A stretch of DNA of 64,000 nt from Candidatus Latescibacterota bacterium. Lineage in GTDB: Bacteria; Latescibacterota; UBA2968. The stretch covers positions 2,700-66,699 of the forward strand of contig JAJEDY010000095.1 in NCBI GenBank assembly GCA_022821275.1, given 5' to 3'. The notes beneath the pieces were generated by a model, which did not search any database, had not been told where the DNA came from, and saw nothing but the letters and a program-made list of their open reading frames with translations. Of this stretch, positions 46,319 to 55,430 are shown piece by piece. Both the position numbers and the translations under genes were made by a program. Within the stretch, counting starts at the first letter, position 1. Each line of letters opens with the position of its first letter.

Positions 46319-46406
46319 AAAGGCGTGTAAAGGAATAAGACAAGGAGTTGGGACGGAATTGATAGCAGATTGCTGACTATCGGTGCTGGAGCAAGCAACA
46401 GGCTAA

Positions 46407-46436
46407 CCATCCGTGTCCATCCGTGTTTATCTGTGG
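46407..46436. repeat. Array CCATCCGTGT-CCATCCGTGT-TTATCTGTGG (inverse orientation of 46289-46318)
   Basis: Read directly. Confidence 0.85.
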
Positions 46437-46460
46437 TTTCAAAGGGTTAAAGGAGTTTTT

Positions 46461-47651
46461 TTGAATAATCCAATTTCTGAGTGGAATCGAGATTTTCGTT
46501 TGCTCGCGCTTGCGGTTGCTTCGCAGGGGATTTTTTTTGGCGTGCAGTTGACGCTTTACAACAATTTTGTTGTTGATCGCCTGAATATCGACGCGCACGA
46601 ATTGGGATATGTGGAAGCTCTGCGCGAGGTGTCGGGTTTTATGAATGCGTTTTTTGTCGCGCTGATGGTGCGGTTCGCCCCCCCGATTGTCGCTGCGATT
46701 TCGCTGATGGTTATGGGCGCGGGCATTATGGCTTATGCCCAGGTTGATTCGGTTTTTGTGCTGGCGCTGTATTCGTTTGTGTGGGGTGTGGGATTTCACT
46801 GCTGGATCCCGATGGAACAGTCGATGGCGTTGCTTTTTTCGCCAGAGGGTAAGAAGGGGAAGTGGTTGGGACAGTTGCGCAGTGTGAATAGTGTGGCGTG
46901 GTTGTTGTCGATTCTGGTTTGTAAGTTGGCTTACGATTTTGTCGGGTATAACGGTTTGTTTATTATGGCGGGTGCCGCTACTGTGGGGGGTGGTTTTGCC
47001 ATTTTGTTTGCGTCTCGGAAGCGGCCAGCCCACGAGCGGAGTTTTGTTTTTAAGCGGCGGTATGGTCTGTATTACGCGCTGAATTTTTTGCAGGGTATGC
47101 GGAAGCAGATGTTTATTACGTTTGCGATTTTTGCTCTGGTGAAGATTCACGGGATGCCCGTGCATACGACGATGATTCTGGTGCTGATGAATCAGACGCT
47201 GATTACGCTGACTGCGCCGACGATGGGCAAGTTGGTGGATCAGTACGGCGAGCGGAAGATGCTGTCGTTGAGTTATATCGGGTTGACCTTTGTGTTTGTC
47301 GGATATGCGGTGGTGACGCATCGCCCCACGCTGTACGTTTTGTATTGTGTTGATAATATTATCTTTTTTGGCGGGATTGCGCTGACGACGTATTTGCATA
47401 AGATCGCGCCCGAGTCGGATCTCAAGCCGTCGCTTGCGATGGGCGTGACGATGAATCATGTGGCTTCTGTTGCGGCACCGCTTTTGGGCGGTTTTGCATG
47501 GCACTATTTTGGCTATCAGGTGATTTTCTTTAGCGGTGCTGTTCTGGCTCTGATTTCGCTGATTGTGAGTCAGTGGGTCGATCCCGAGGGACAGCTTCAG
47601 CGGGAGCGGGAGGAGATGCCGGATCAAGTGGTGCCCCAACCTGTTTCGTGA
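46461..47651 (+). CDS. MFS transporter
   Basis: About 12 hydrophobic segments. The preferred start is the TTG at 46461, with AAGGAG 5 nt upstream. The track start at 46413 lies inside the repeat array. Confidence 0.75.
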   Translation: MNNPISEWNRDFRLLALAVASQGIFFGVQLTLYNNFVVDRLNIDAHELGYVEALREVSGFMNAFFVALMVRFAPPIVAAISLMVMGAGIMAYAQVDSVFVLALYSFVWGVGFHCWIPMEQSMALLFSPEGKKGKWLGQLRSVNSVAWLLSILVCKLAYDFVGYNGLFIMAGAATVGGGFAILFASRKRPAHERSFVFKRRYGLYYALNFLQGMRKQMFITFAIFALVKIHGMPVHTTMILVLMNQTLITLTAPTMGKLVDQYGERKMLSLSYIGLTFVFVGYAVVTHRPTLYVLYCVDNIIFFGGIALTTYLHKIAPESDLKPSLAMGVTMNHVASVAAPLLGGFAWHYFGYQVIFFSGAVLALISLIVSQWVDPEGQLQREREEMPDQVVPQPVS

Positions 47652-47663
47652 GCGGAGTAGGAG

Positions 47664-49598
47664 ATGGCTGATAAGGCGTTTGATACATGGGAACCGATTG
47701 TCGAAGATGACGAGACGATCAGGGCGGCGTTGGAGGATGCGAATATCCCCGCGTTGATGGTTTCTCTGGTGCATTTGACCGGGGATATGGGCATTGTCCG
47801 GGGGGAGATTCGCCCACGGGCGAGGAATCTGGCGGATCCACAGGCAGGTGTGAAAGAGGAGCAGCAGGCAGTTGTTCGGGAGATCGCTTTTGAGGTGTTG
47901 AAGGCCTATCGGGATCGCGGTTGTTCTCTGCCGCCTGCACCGGACCGGGCGCGGGTTTGGGAGATGATGAATTTTATGATTGGAGAGGAGATTCCCGAAG
48001 ATTACGGGGTGTTTTTGGAGGGGGAGTTGTCCTTGAATGGCGAAGATCCGTTTGTGCCCCCGGGGATGGATGATTTGCCGGAGGATAAGAGGCGGGATTT
48101 TTGCGTGTTGATTATTGGGGCGGGGATGTCCGGGTTGCTGGCGGCGCATCGGCTTCAAGAGGTGGGGATTTCGTTTACGGTGGTGGAGAAGAATGCCGAT
48201 GTGGGGGGGACATGGCTGGAGAATACGTATCCCGGATGCCGCGTTGATAGTCCGAATCACTCGTATTCTTATTCTTTTTTGCCCAAAAATTGGCCGCAGT
48301 ATTTTTCTACGCAGCAGGTGCTTCTCGATTATTTCAAGCAGTTTGCTGCGGATTTTCATCTGCGCGAGCATGTCCGGTTTCAGACAGAGGTTGTGTGTGG
48401 TCGTTTTGATGAGGCGCGCAAGGTCTGGGAAGTTGAGGTGCGGGATAAAGAGGGGGTGCGGCAGACGATTGAGGTGAATGCCATTATCAGCGCTGTGGGA
48501 CAGCTCAACCGTCCAAAGTTGCCGGATATTGTGGGGCGCAAGTGCTATCGGGGAATTGCATTTCATTCTGCGCGATGGCCGCGGGAGTGCGATTTGACGG
48601 ATAAGCGCGTTGGGGTGATTGGTACGGGCGCGAGTGCATTTCAGTTTGTGCCGGAGATTGCAAAGCAGGCGCGCGAGGTTTTTGTGTTTCAGCGCACACC
48701 GCCCTGGATTCAGCCCAATCCGCATTATCACGCGGATGTGCCCGAGGGACAGCACTATCTTTTGAATCATGTGCCGTTTTACGCCAAGTGGTTTCGGCTG
48801 TTTATGTTCTGGCGTTCGGCAGAGGGGATGCTCGGCGCGGCGAAAAAGGATCCGGCATGGCCGCATCAGGAACGCGCGGTTAGCAAGGCGAATGACAAGG
48901 TGCGCCAGCGGATTATAGAGTATCTCGAGTCGGTGTTGGGCGATGATCCCGAGTTGATGCAGAAGTGTATTCCGGATTTTCCGCCGGCTGGCAAGCGCAT
49001 GTTGTGGGATAATGGCCTGTGGTTGCGCACGCTGAAGCGGGAGAATGTGCATCTTATTACGGATCCGATTGCGCGTATTACGGAGTCCGGTTTGGCGACG
49101 CGGTCGGGTGAGGGCTATGATTTTGATGTGCTGATTTACGGTACGGGATTTCAGCCGAGTCGGATGTTGTGGCCGATGACGTTTGAGGGGGTTGGGCGCA
49201 GGGATTTACAGGCGCATTGGGATGGCGATCCGCGTGCGTATAAAGGCGTTTCTGTTCCGGGATTTCCCAACTTTTTTTGCATGTATGGACCCAATACCAA
49301 TATTGTTGTGAATGGGAGTATTATCTTTTTTTCCGAGTGCGAGATGAGGTATATCCTGGGATGTATCAAGCTGCTGATTGAGACGGGATGCGCTGCGATG
49401 GATTGTAAGCAGGATGTGCATGATCGGTATAATGAGCGCATTGATGCGGGTAATCTGGAGATGGCATGGGGCGCGCCAAATGTTCGGAGTTGGTATAAGA
49501 ACGAGGCGGGACGAGTGACGCAGAATTGGCCGTTTTCAATGCACGAGTTTTGGAAGCAAACGCGGGCGCCCGATTCTGAGGATTATGTGTTTATTTAG
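47664..49598 (+). CDS. Class B flavoprotein (Baeyer-Villiger-type) monooxygenase
   Basis: FAD motif VLIIGAGMSGLLAA...EKNADVGGTW, BVMO fingerprint YRGIAFHSARWP and a second Rossmann motif VGVIGTGASAFQ. Confidence 0.85.
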   Translation: MADKAFDTWEPIVEDDETIRAALEDANIPALMVSLVHLTGDMGIVRGEIRPRARNLADPQAGVKEEQQAVVREIAFEVLKAYRDRGCSLPPAPDRARVWEMMNFMIGEEIPEDYGVFLEGELSLNGEDPFVPPGMDDLPEDKRRDFCVLIIGAGMSGLLAAHRLQEVGISFTVVEKNADVGGTWLENTYPGCRVDSPNHSYSYSFLPKNWPQYFSTQQVLLDYFKQFAADFHLREHVRFQTEVVCGRFDEARKVWEVEVRDKEGVRQTIEVNAIISAVGQLNRPKLPDIVGRKCYRGIAFHSARWPRECDLTDKRVGVIGTGASAFQFVPEIAKQAREVFVFQRTPPWIQPNPHYHADVPEGQHYLLNHVPFYAKWFRLFMFWRSAEGMLGAAKKDPAWPHQERAVSKANDKVRQRIIEYLESVLGDDPELMQKCIPDFPPAGKRMLWDNGLWLRTLKRENVHLITDPIARITESGLATRSGEGYDFDVLIYGTGFQPSRMLWPMTFEGVGRRDLQAHWDGDPRAYKGVSVPGFPNFFCMYGPNTNIVVNGSIIFFSECEMRYILGCIKLLIETGCAAMDCKQDVHDRYNERIDAGNLEMAWGAPNVRSWYKNEAGRVTQNWPFSMHEFWKQTRAPDSEDYVFI

Positions 49599-49610
49599 AA
49601 TCAAAAGCAA

Positions 49611-49638
49611 CCACAGATTAACACGGATTAACACGGAT
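49611..49638. repeat. Array CCACAGATTA-ACACGGATTA-ACACGGAT after the monooxygenase stop
   Basis: Read directly. The inverse array CTCTGTGTT-CATCTGTGTT-CATCGG is at 49692-49716. Confidence 0.8.
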
Positions 49639-49791
49639 AAAAGGCACCTGCCTTAGCTCAGTGAGGAGGTGTTGACGCATGAATTTTGCCCCTCTGTGTT
49701 CATCTGTGTTCATCGGTCGTTGTATTTTGGGGCTGGGGGCTGGGTTTATCCTGATCATCCTTCCATCCTGACCATCCTGATTCTGCCTTTT

Positions 49792-52218
49792 ATGTTCTCC
49801 AACTATTTCACCATCGCATGCCGCAATTTGTGGTCGCACAAGCGCGATACGCTGATCAATTTGCTCAGTCTTATTGTGGGGCTGTCGTGTTGTGTGATGG
49901 CGATTGTGATTATTCATTGCGAGATGAGCTACGACCGCTTTCATCCCGATGTGCATCGCATTTATCGGGTTTTGCGAGAGCGGGTGAGCAATGAGCAGAC
50001 GCAGGTGCGATGGCTGACTTCGGGGGCGCTCGCGCGGACACTTGAAGCGGAGATGCCCGAAGTTGAGTTGGCGTCGAAGAATCGCATTTATCCGGTTGTG
50101 GTGCGATTTGAGGACCGGGAGCTTACGCTGGCGCAGGGGCAGGTTGACGACCGATTTTTTGAGTTGTTTCACTTTCCTTTTGCTATGGGTGATGCCGATG
50201 CGCTCGCGCAGCCGTATCGGGTTGCGATTACGGAGTCAGCGGCTGAGCGGTTGTTCGGCAAGGCCGATCCCATAGGCAAGGTTCTTACTGTTCGCGAACG
50301 GTATTACGGCGGCGATTATACGGTTGCCGCGGTTTTGCAAACGCCTCCGAGGTTTTCGTCCCTTCAGTTTGATTTGTTGCATTTTACCAATGGGCGAACA
50401 CAGGAGGCTATTTTTGATTGGACGCAGTGGCGGGGGTTGGTGCAACAGGCGGGGATTGAGACTTTTGTGCGTTTGCGCGATGGGGTAGATGCGGGTGAAT
50501 TTGAGGCAAAGTTGTCGGGTGTTATTGAACGGCATATGGGCGCGGATGTGCGTCGCATTCTTTCGTTTCGTTTGCAGCCTTTTGAGCGGTTGCATTTGTA
50601 TGGGGTTCAGGATTACAATTTGCCCTCGGGCGGCAATGTTCAGACGCTTTATCTTTTTGCGATTATTGCGGCGCTGGTTCTGGCGATTGCGGCGATTAAT
50701 TTTGTCAATCTCGCTACGGCGCGTTCGATGTATCGCGCGCGTGAGGTGGGGATGCGGAAGGTGGTTGGCGCGCGTCGCGGTCAGTTGATTCAGCAGTTTT
50801 TGTGTGAGACGGTTTTGCTGGCGTTGATCGCTGTGGTTATCGCTGTGCCCATTGCGCGTGTCGCGTTGTCGGAATTCAGTGCGCGGACAGACGCGCATTA
50901 CGCTCTGGATGCGCCGATGTTGTCCGTGCTCTTGCCGGGTTTTTTAGCGCTTGCCGTGTTTGTGGGTTTGATGGCGGGGGTATATCCCGCGTCTTATTTT
51001 TCGGGGTTTCGGCCGGCTGATGTGCTCAAGGGCGCGGCGTATTTGCCGGGTGCGAGGCTTCGGCAGGTTCTGGTTGTGGCGCAATTTGCGATTGCTATTT
51101 TGCTTATGATTGTTGTGGATGTTATTTATCGGCAACTGGATTATATTCAGTACAAGGATCTCGGTTTTGATAAAGAGCACCTCGTTTTGTTGCCTATTTT
51201 TAAGCTGGATCGTCGGCTCAAGACCAATGATGATCCCTGGCTCGTGGCACGGTATAATACTGTAAAGCAGGCGTTTTTGGAACATCCCAATATTGTTTCG
51301 GCGTCTGCTTTTCGCTTTTTGCCCGGACAAGATGGCGGTGGTTTTGTGCGGATTGTCAAACCCGAAGGTCAGGACCATACCGAGTGGCGGATGCCGGTGC
51401 AGGAGGCAGATGAAGATTTTTTTGCTACTTTCGATGTGCCTATTATAGCTGGTCGCACGTTTTCGCCCGGGATTGAGCGCGATCGTACGCATGGGTATAT
51501 TCTCAATGAGACCGCTGTGCGCGCGCTTGGTTGGGCAGTGGCGGATGCCGTGGGGCGGCGTTTTGGTCGGGCGCGTTCAGAGGAGGATGCTAAGGGGACT
51601 GTGATTGGCGTGATTGCAGATTTTCACTACGCCTCTCTTCGACAACCGATTGGGCCTGCGGTTTTTGCTTATCGGCAGTGGTTTTACGATTATCTGGCGT
51701 TGCGGGTGCGCGATTTTTTAGCGGTCCGACCTTTTCTGGAGGAGACCTGGGATTCATTTATGCCAGCCGATAAGCCTTTTGAGTTTACGTTTCTCGACGA
51801 TGAACTCGATGCGATTTATCGGGCGGAGAGGGATTTGGGGCAGGCTGTTACCGCTTTTGCCGGGTTGGTGTGTTTGCTGGCGTGTTTGGGTTTGTTCGGT
51901 TTGGCGGCTTTTACGGCTGAACGCCGCAGGCGCGAGATCGGTATTCGCAAGGTGCTGGGTGCATCTGTTTCAAGTGTTGTTTTGCTGGTGTCAAAGGCGT
52001 TTTTGAAGCTGGTGCTTGTCGCCAATCTGATCGCCTGGCCAGTTGCTTTTTATTTTACAAATACCTATTTGCAAAATTTTGCGTATCACACATCCCTGAG
52101 TTTATGGTCGTTTGTGTTGTCGGGTTTGCTCGCACTTTTAATTGCGCTTTTGACCGTTGGTACACAGGCGTTCAGGGTTGCGCATACCAATCCCGTGGAA
52201 ATACTGAGGCATGAGTAG
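49792..52218 (+). CDS. ABC-transporter permease, MacB/FtsX duplicated type
   Basis: Preferred start MFSNYFTIACRNLWSHKRDTLINLLSLIVGL at 49792. Modules REVGMRKVVGAR and RRREIGIRKVLGAS. Confidence 0.85.
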   Translation: MFSNYFTIACRNLWSHKRDTLINLLSLIVGLSCCVMAIVIIHCEMSYDRFHPDVHRIYRVLRERVSNEQTQVRWLTSGALARTLEAEMPEVELASKNRIYPVVVRFEDRELTLAQGQVDDRFFELFHFPFAMGDADALAQPYRVAITESAAERLFGKADPIGKVLTVRERYYGGDYTVAAVLQTPPRFSSLQFDLLHFTNGRTQEAIFDWTQWRGLVQQAGIETFVRLRDGVDAGEFEAKLSGVIERHMGADVRRILSFRLQPFERLHLYGVQDYNLPSGGNVQTLYLFAIIAALVLAIAAINFVNLATARSMYRAREVGMRKVVGARRGQLIQQFLCETVLLALIAVVIAVPIARVALSEFSARTDAHYALDAPMLSVLLPGFLALAVFVGLMAGVYPASYFSGFRPADVLKGAAYLPGARLRQVLVVAQFAIAILLMIVVDVIYRQLDYIQYKDLGFDKEHLVLLPIFKLDRRLKTNDDPWLVARYNTVKQAFLEHPNIVSASAFRFLPGQDGGGFVRIVKPEGQDHTEWRMPVQEADEDFFATFDVPIIAGRTFSPGIERDRTHGYILNETAVRALGWAVADAVGRRFGRARSEEDAKGTVIGVIADFHYASLRQPIGPAVFAYRQWFYDYLALRVRDFLAVRPFLEETWDSFMPADKPFEFTFLDDELDAIYRAERDLGQAVTAFAGLVCLLACLGLFGLAAFTAERRRREIGIRKVLGASVSSVVLLVSKAFLKLVLVANLIAWPVAFYFTNTYLQNFAYHTSLSLWSFVLSGLLALLIALLTVGTQAFRVAHTNPVEILRHE

Positions 52219-52317
52219 GTGTGCAATAGACTGTTCGACAGGCCAATAATCCAGAGGAACTCACGCCTTTCTTACACGTATAATATTGGAATTGACTAAT
52301 ACTTTGGAGGTCCTCCC

Positions 52318-52737
52318 ATGTTCTTCACACTTCTTGTCATTACCCTCGTAGTCGCCGCTCTCGTGTCTTTTATCGCCGTGCGTGCGTTTAGTAGCGCGAT
52401 CAATAGTATTCTGCATCGGCTTATTGACGATGCGATAGCAGGCGCGTGGGTGCGCTATATGAAGTTTGCGATTTTTGTGGTGGGTATTTCTGGCGGTGTG
52501 CGTGTCCGTTCGCTGGAGCGCTATATTTTGCCGCAGGAGCATTTCGATTCCACTGGTGAATCCCGCGATATGCCGCCTTTTGAACTGACGACCGAACGCT
52601 GGGTGCTCGAGATATATCGCACGATTATCGAGTCCCTGCAATCTATCGCGTGGATGTTGCTCGTCTTTTTTATTGTGTCACTGGGTATGTACATTGTGGT
52701 GCGTATTTTTGAAATGCGCCGAGGGACGAACGAGTGA
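52318..52737 (+). CDS. Hypothetical membrane protein (3 TM)
   Basis: Hydrophobic segments FFTLLVITLVVAALVSFIAV, FAIFVVGISGG and WMLLVFFIVSLGMYIVV. GGAGG lies upstream. No recognisable family. Confidence 0.4.
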   Translation: MFFTLLVITLVVAALVSFIAVRAFSSAINSILHRLIDDAIAGAWVRYMKFAIFVVGISGGVRVRSLERYILPQEHFDSTGESRDMPPFELTTERWVLEIYRTIIESLQSIAWMLLVFFIVSLGMYIVVRIFEMRRGTNE

Positions 52738-52807
52738 TGAGTAGAGAGGACGATAAAGCGGTGGACATCGGATTGCGGCGAATTATATTGGCGCAAAGGG
52801 AGCTGGT

Positions 52808-53338
52808 ATGGAGAAAATAGAGAGAAAGGTGATACCGGGCTGGACCGGGAGATGCTATGAGGATTTTGAGGTGGGCGAAGTTTATCGAAGCCGGTTCGGG
52901 CGGACGGTGACGACGGCTGATAACCAGTTGTTCACGCATCTGACCCTGAATACCAATCCGCTTCACTTTGACGAGGAGTACGCCCGCCGGACGCGGTGGG
53001 GAAAGATCCTGGTGAACAGTACGTTTACGCTCGCGCTGGTCGTGGGGATGAGTGTCCCGGATGTGAGCGAGCGGGCGATGGCGAACCTGGGTTGGAGCGA
53101 GATTCGGCTTCCGAACCCGGTATTTGTGGGAGATACGCTCTATTGCGAGACGGAGGTGCTCACCAGGCGGGAGTCGAAGTCGTACCCGGAAGCGGGTATC
53201 GTGAAGGTGCGTACACGGGGCGTGAATCAGGATGGCCGCGTCGTCATAGATCTGACTCGCAGCGTGATGGTCTATAAGAGGGCGCACGCGCCGTCGGAGG
53301 ATGCCTTTCCCGAAATTCACGAGGAGAAAGACGGGTGA
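52808..53338 (+). CDS. MaoC-family (R)-enoyl-CoA hydratase/dehydratase
   Basis: FEVGEVYRSRFGRTVTTADNQLFTHLTLNTNPLHFDEEYA...GKILVNSTFTLALVVGMSV (hot-dog fold hydratase signature). Confidence 0.85.
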   Translation: MEKIERKVIPGWTGRCYEDFEVGEVYRSRFGRTVTTADNQLFTHLTLNTNPLHFDEEYARRTRWGKILVNSTFTLALVVGMSVPDVSERAMANLGWSEIRLPNPVFVGDTLYCETEVLTRRESKSYPEAGIVKVRTRGVNQDGRVVIDLTRSVMVYKRAHAPSEDAFPEIHEEKDG

Positions 53339-54204
53339 AGTCGATGCGGTCCTGGCTTTTTGTGCCGGGGCACCAGCAGCGGATGATCGACAAGGCTCTG
53401 GGTCTGCCGGCTGATGTGCTGATATTCGATCTAGAGGACGGCGTCCCGAAGGCTGAGAAGGATGTTGCGCGCAGTCGTGTCGCTGCCGCGCTGGCCGGCG
53501 CGCGTGGGGGCTCAACGCGATTTGTTAGAGTTCACGATGCTGGTTCCTCCGAATTGGACGCCGATCTGCAGGCGATTGCGCGTGCGGGATTGCAGGGACT
53601 CGTGTTGCCCAAAGTGCAGGGACCGGAGGATGTGCTTCAGGTGTGCCGGTGGCTGGATCGGCACGAAACCAGAGCGGGATCTGGACGCGTCGGGCTTCTG
53701 GCAATCATTGAGAGCGCCCGGGGTCTGGTTCATGCTCCTGCGATCGCATCCGTTACACCCAGGCTGGTGGGGCTTATGTTCGGCGCGGAGGATTTCGCGC
53801 TGGATCTGGGCCTTTTTTCGCACCCGGGACAGGGATTGGTCAACTACGCCCGGTCAGCGCTGGCGGTGGCCGCGGCAAGCGGACAAATCCGGGCTATAGA
53901 TAAGGTATTTACGGACATCACCGATCCCGACGGACTGGCCGTGGAGGCGCAGCGGGCCAGGGATCTGGGGTTTGCCGGAAAAGCCGTGATTCATCCGGGT
54001 CAGGTTGGGGTGGTGAATAAAATTTTCAGTCCTACGGAGGTCGAGGAGAGGTGGGCACGGCGAATTGTTGAGGCTTTTGCACGGCGGGCGGACGAAGGCC
54101 CGGCGACCGTGGATGGTCGGATGGTAGATAGGCCGATTCTGGAACGGGCGCGGCGGATTCTGGATCGCCTCGAGGGAGAGGGCAATGACCGGCAGGCCGA
54201 TTGA
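53335..54204 (+). CDS. HpcH/HpaI-CitE family CoA-ester lyase
   Basis: MRSWLFVPGHQQRMIDKALGLPADVLIFDLEDGV...VRVH...GLVLPKV...IESARG...GAEDF. GTGA overlap with the upstream gene. Confidence 0.85.
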   Translation: MKSMRSWLFVPGHQQRMIDKALGLPADVLIFDLEDGVPKAEKDVARSRVAAALAGARGGSTRFVRVHDAGSSELDADLQAIARAGLQGLVLPKVQGPEDVLQVCRWLDRHETRAGSGRVGLLAIIESARGLVHAPAIASVTPRLVGLMFGAEDFALDLGLFSHPGQGLVNYARSALAVAAASGQIRAIDKVFTDITDPDGLAVEAQRARDLGFAGKAVIHPGQVGVVNKIFSPTEVEERWARRIVEAFARRADEGPATVDGRMVDRPILERARRILDRLEGEGNDRQAD

Positions 54205-54220
54205 AGAGGAAGAGGGTTAC

Positions 54221-55426
54221 ATGCACGATCAATCCCAACATCCGCCTCTGAATGGAATAAGGATTGTCTCGGTGGAGCAGTTCGGAGCGGGGCCGTGGGC
54301 AACGATGATGCTGGCGGACCTTGGGGCGGAGATCATCAAGGTCGAGAATCCCGAGACAGGTGGTGATGTCGCGCGTTATGTGCCACCCTATACCGCTGAA
54401 CAGGACAGTGTGTATTTCCAGAGTTTCAACCGGAACAAGAAGAGTATGACGCTGAATTTGCAGCATCCGGAAGGGAGGGAGGTGTTGCATCGGCTGGTGA
54501 AGGTTTCGGATGGGGTGTTCAACAACCTGCGCGGAGATCTTCCGACCCGGCTGGGTCTGGACTATCCGGCGCTGAGTGCGGTCAAGGCTTCGATTGTATG
54601 TTGCTCGCTTTCCGCGTTCGGACGGCAGGGGTCTCGAGCGGGCGAACCGGGATACGATTATTTGATGCAGGGCTATGCCGGATGGATGAGTCTTACGGGC
54701 GAGCCTGACGGTCCACCGACAAAAACGGGACTTTCCCTCGTAGATCTCGGCGCGGGCACAATGGCGTCCCTGGGCATGGTCAGCGCGATCTTCCGCGCCA
54801 GACAGACGGGCCTGGGGTGTGATGTAGATGTGAATCTGTTCGATACGGCGCTGGCGAATCTGGGATATGTGGCGGCGTGGTTCCTGACCAGAGGGTATCA
54901 GGCGCATCGGACGCCCGATTCTTCTCATCCGTCACAGATCCCGTCGCAGGTGGTGCCGACTAAGGACGGATGGCTCGTGATCATGTGCGCAAAGGAGAAG
55001 TTTTTTCAAAATCTGGTACGCATTCTGGAGGCGCCGGAACTGGCGGAGGATTCCCGGTTCTGCTCTTTTGCAGATCGCCTGGAGAATCGAGATGTTCTGG
55101 TTCCGATTCTGAAGGACCTCTTCCGCAAGAAGACAACTGCCGATTGGCTGGCGCTGCTCAAGGGCGAGGTGCCCTGCGCGCCCGTGAATACGGTTGAGCA
55201 GGCTTTTGCCGACCCGCATGTGGCCGAGAATGAGATGATCCTGGCGTTGCCGCATCCGGAGTTCGGAGCCGTCCGGGTGGTGGCGAGTCCCATAGAGGTC
55301 GGCGGCGAATCGGTTGAACCCCGGCGCGGGCCATCACTGGGAGAACACAACGAGTCGATTCTGGGCGAGTATCTCGGATATTCAATACCAGAGATTGAGA
55401 AACTCCGAAGCGATGGCGCTATTTGA
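54221..55426 (+). CDS. Family III (CaiB/BaiF) CoA-transferase
   Basis: LNGIRIVSVEQFGAGPWATMMLADLGAEIIKVENPETGGDVAR. The preferred start is the ATG at 54221 (MHDQSQHPP). Confidence 0.85.
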   Translation: MHDQSQHPPLNGIRIVSVEQFGAGPWATMMLADLGAEIIKVENPETGGDVARYVPPYTAEQDSVYFQSFNRNKKSMTLNLQHPEGREVLHRLVKVSDGVFNNLRGDLPTRLGLDYPALSAVKASIVCCSLSAFGRQGSRAGEPGYDYLMQGYAGWMSLTGEPDGPPTKTGLSLVDLGAGTMASLGMVSAIFRARQTGLGCDVDVNLFDTALANLGYVAAWFLTRGYQAHRTPDSSHPSQIPSQVVPTKDGWLVIMCAKEKFFQNLVRILEAPELAEDSRFCSFADRLENRDVLVPILKDLFRKKTTADWLALLKGEVPCAPVNTVEQAFADPHVAENEMILALPHPEFGAVRVVASPIEVGGESVEPRRGPSLGEHNESILGEYLGYSIPEIEKLRSDGAI

Positions 55427-55430
55427 ATTT

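Noticed and set aside
46377-49052. 891-aa minus-strand ORF, the longest ORF in this part of the window
   Set aside because: It is antisense to two well-supported genes (MFS transporter and BVMO-type monooxygenase) and spans their intergenic gap. Its composition is low-complexity (R/H/P/Q/I/L/N-rich) with no recognisable motif. It is a shadow ORF caused by the sense-strand codon bias.
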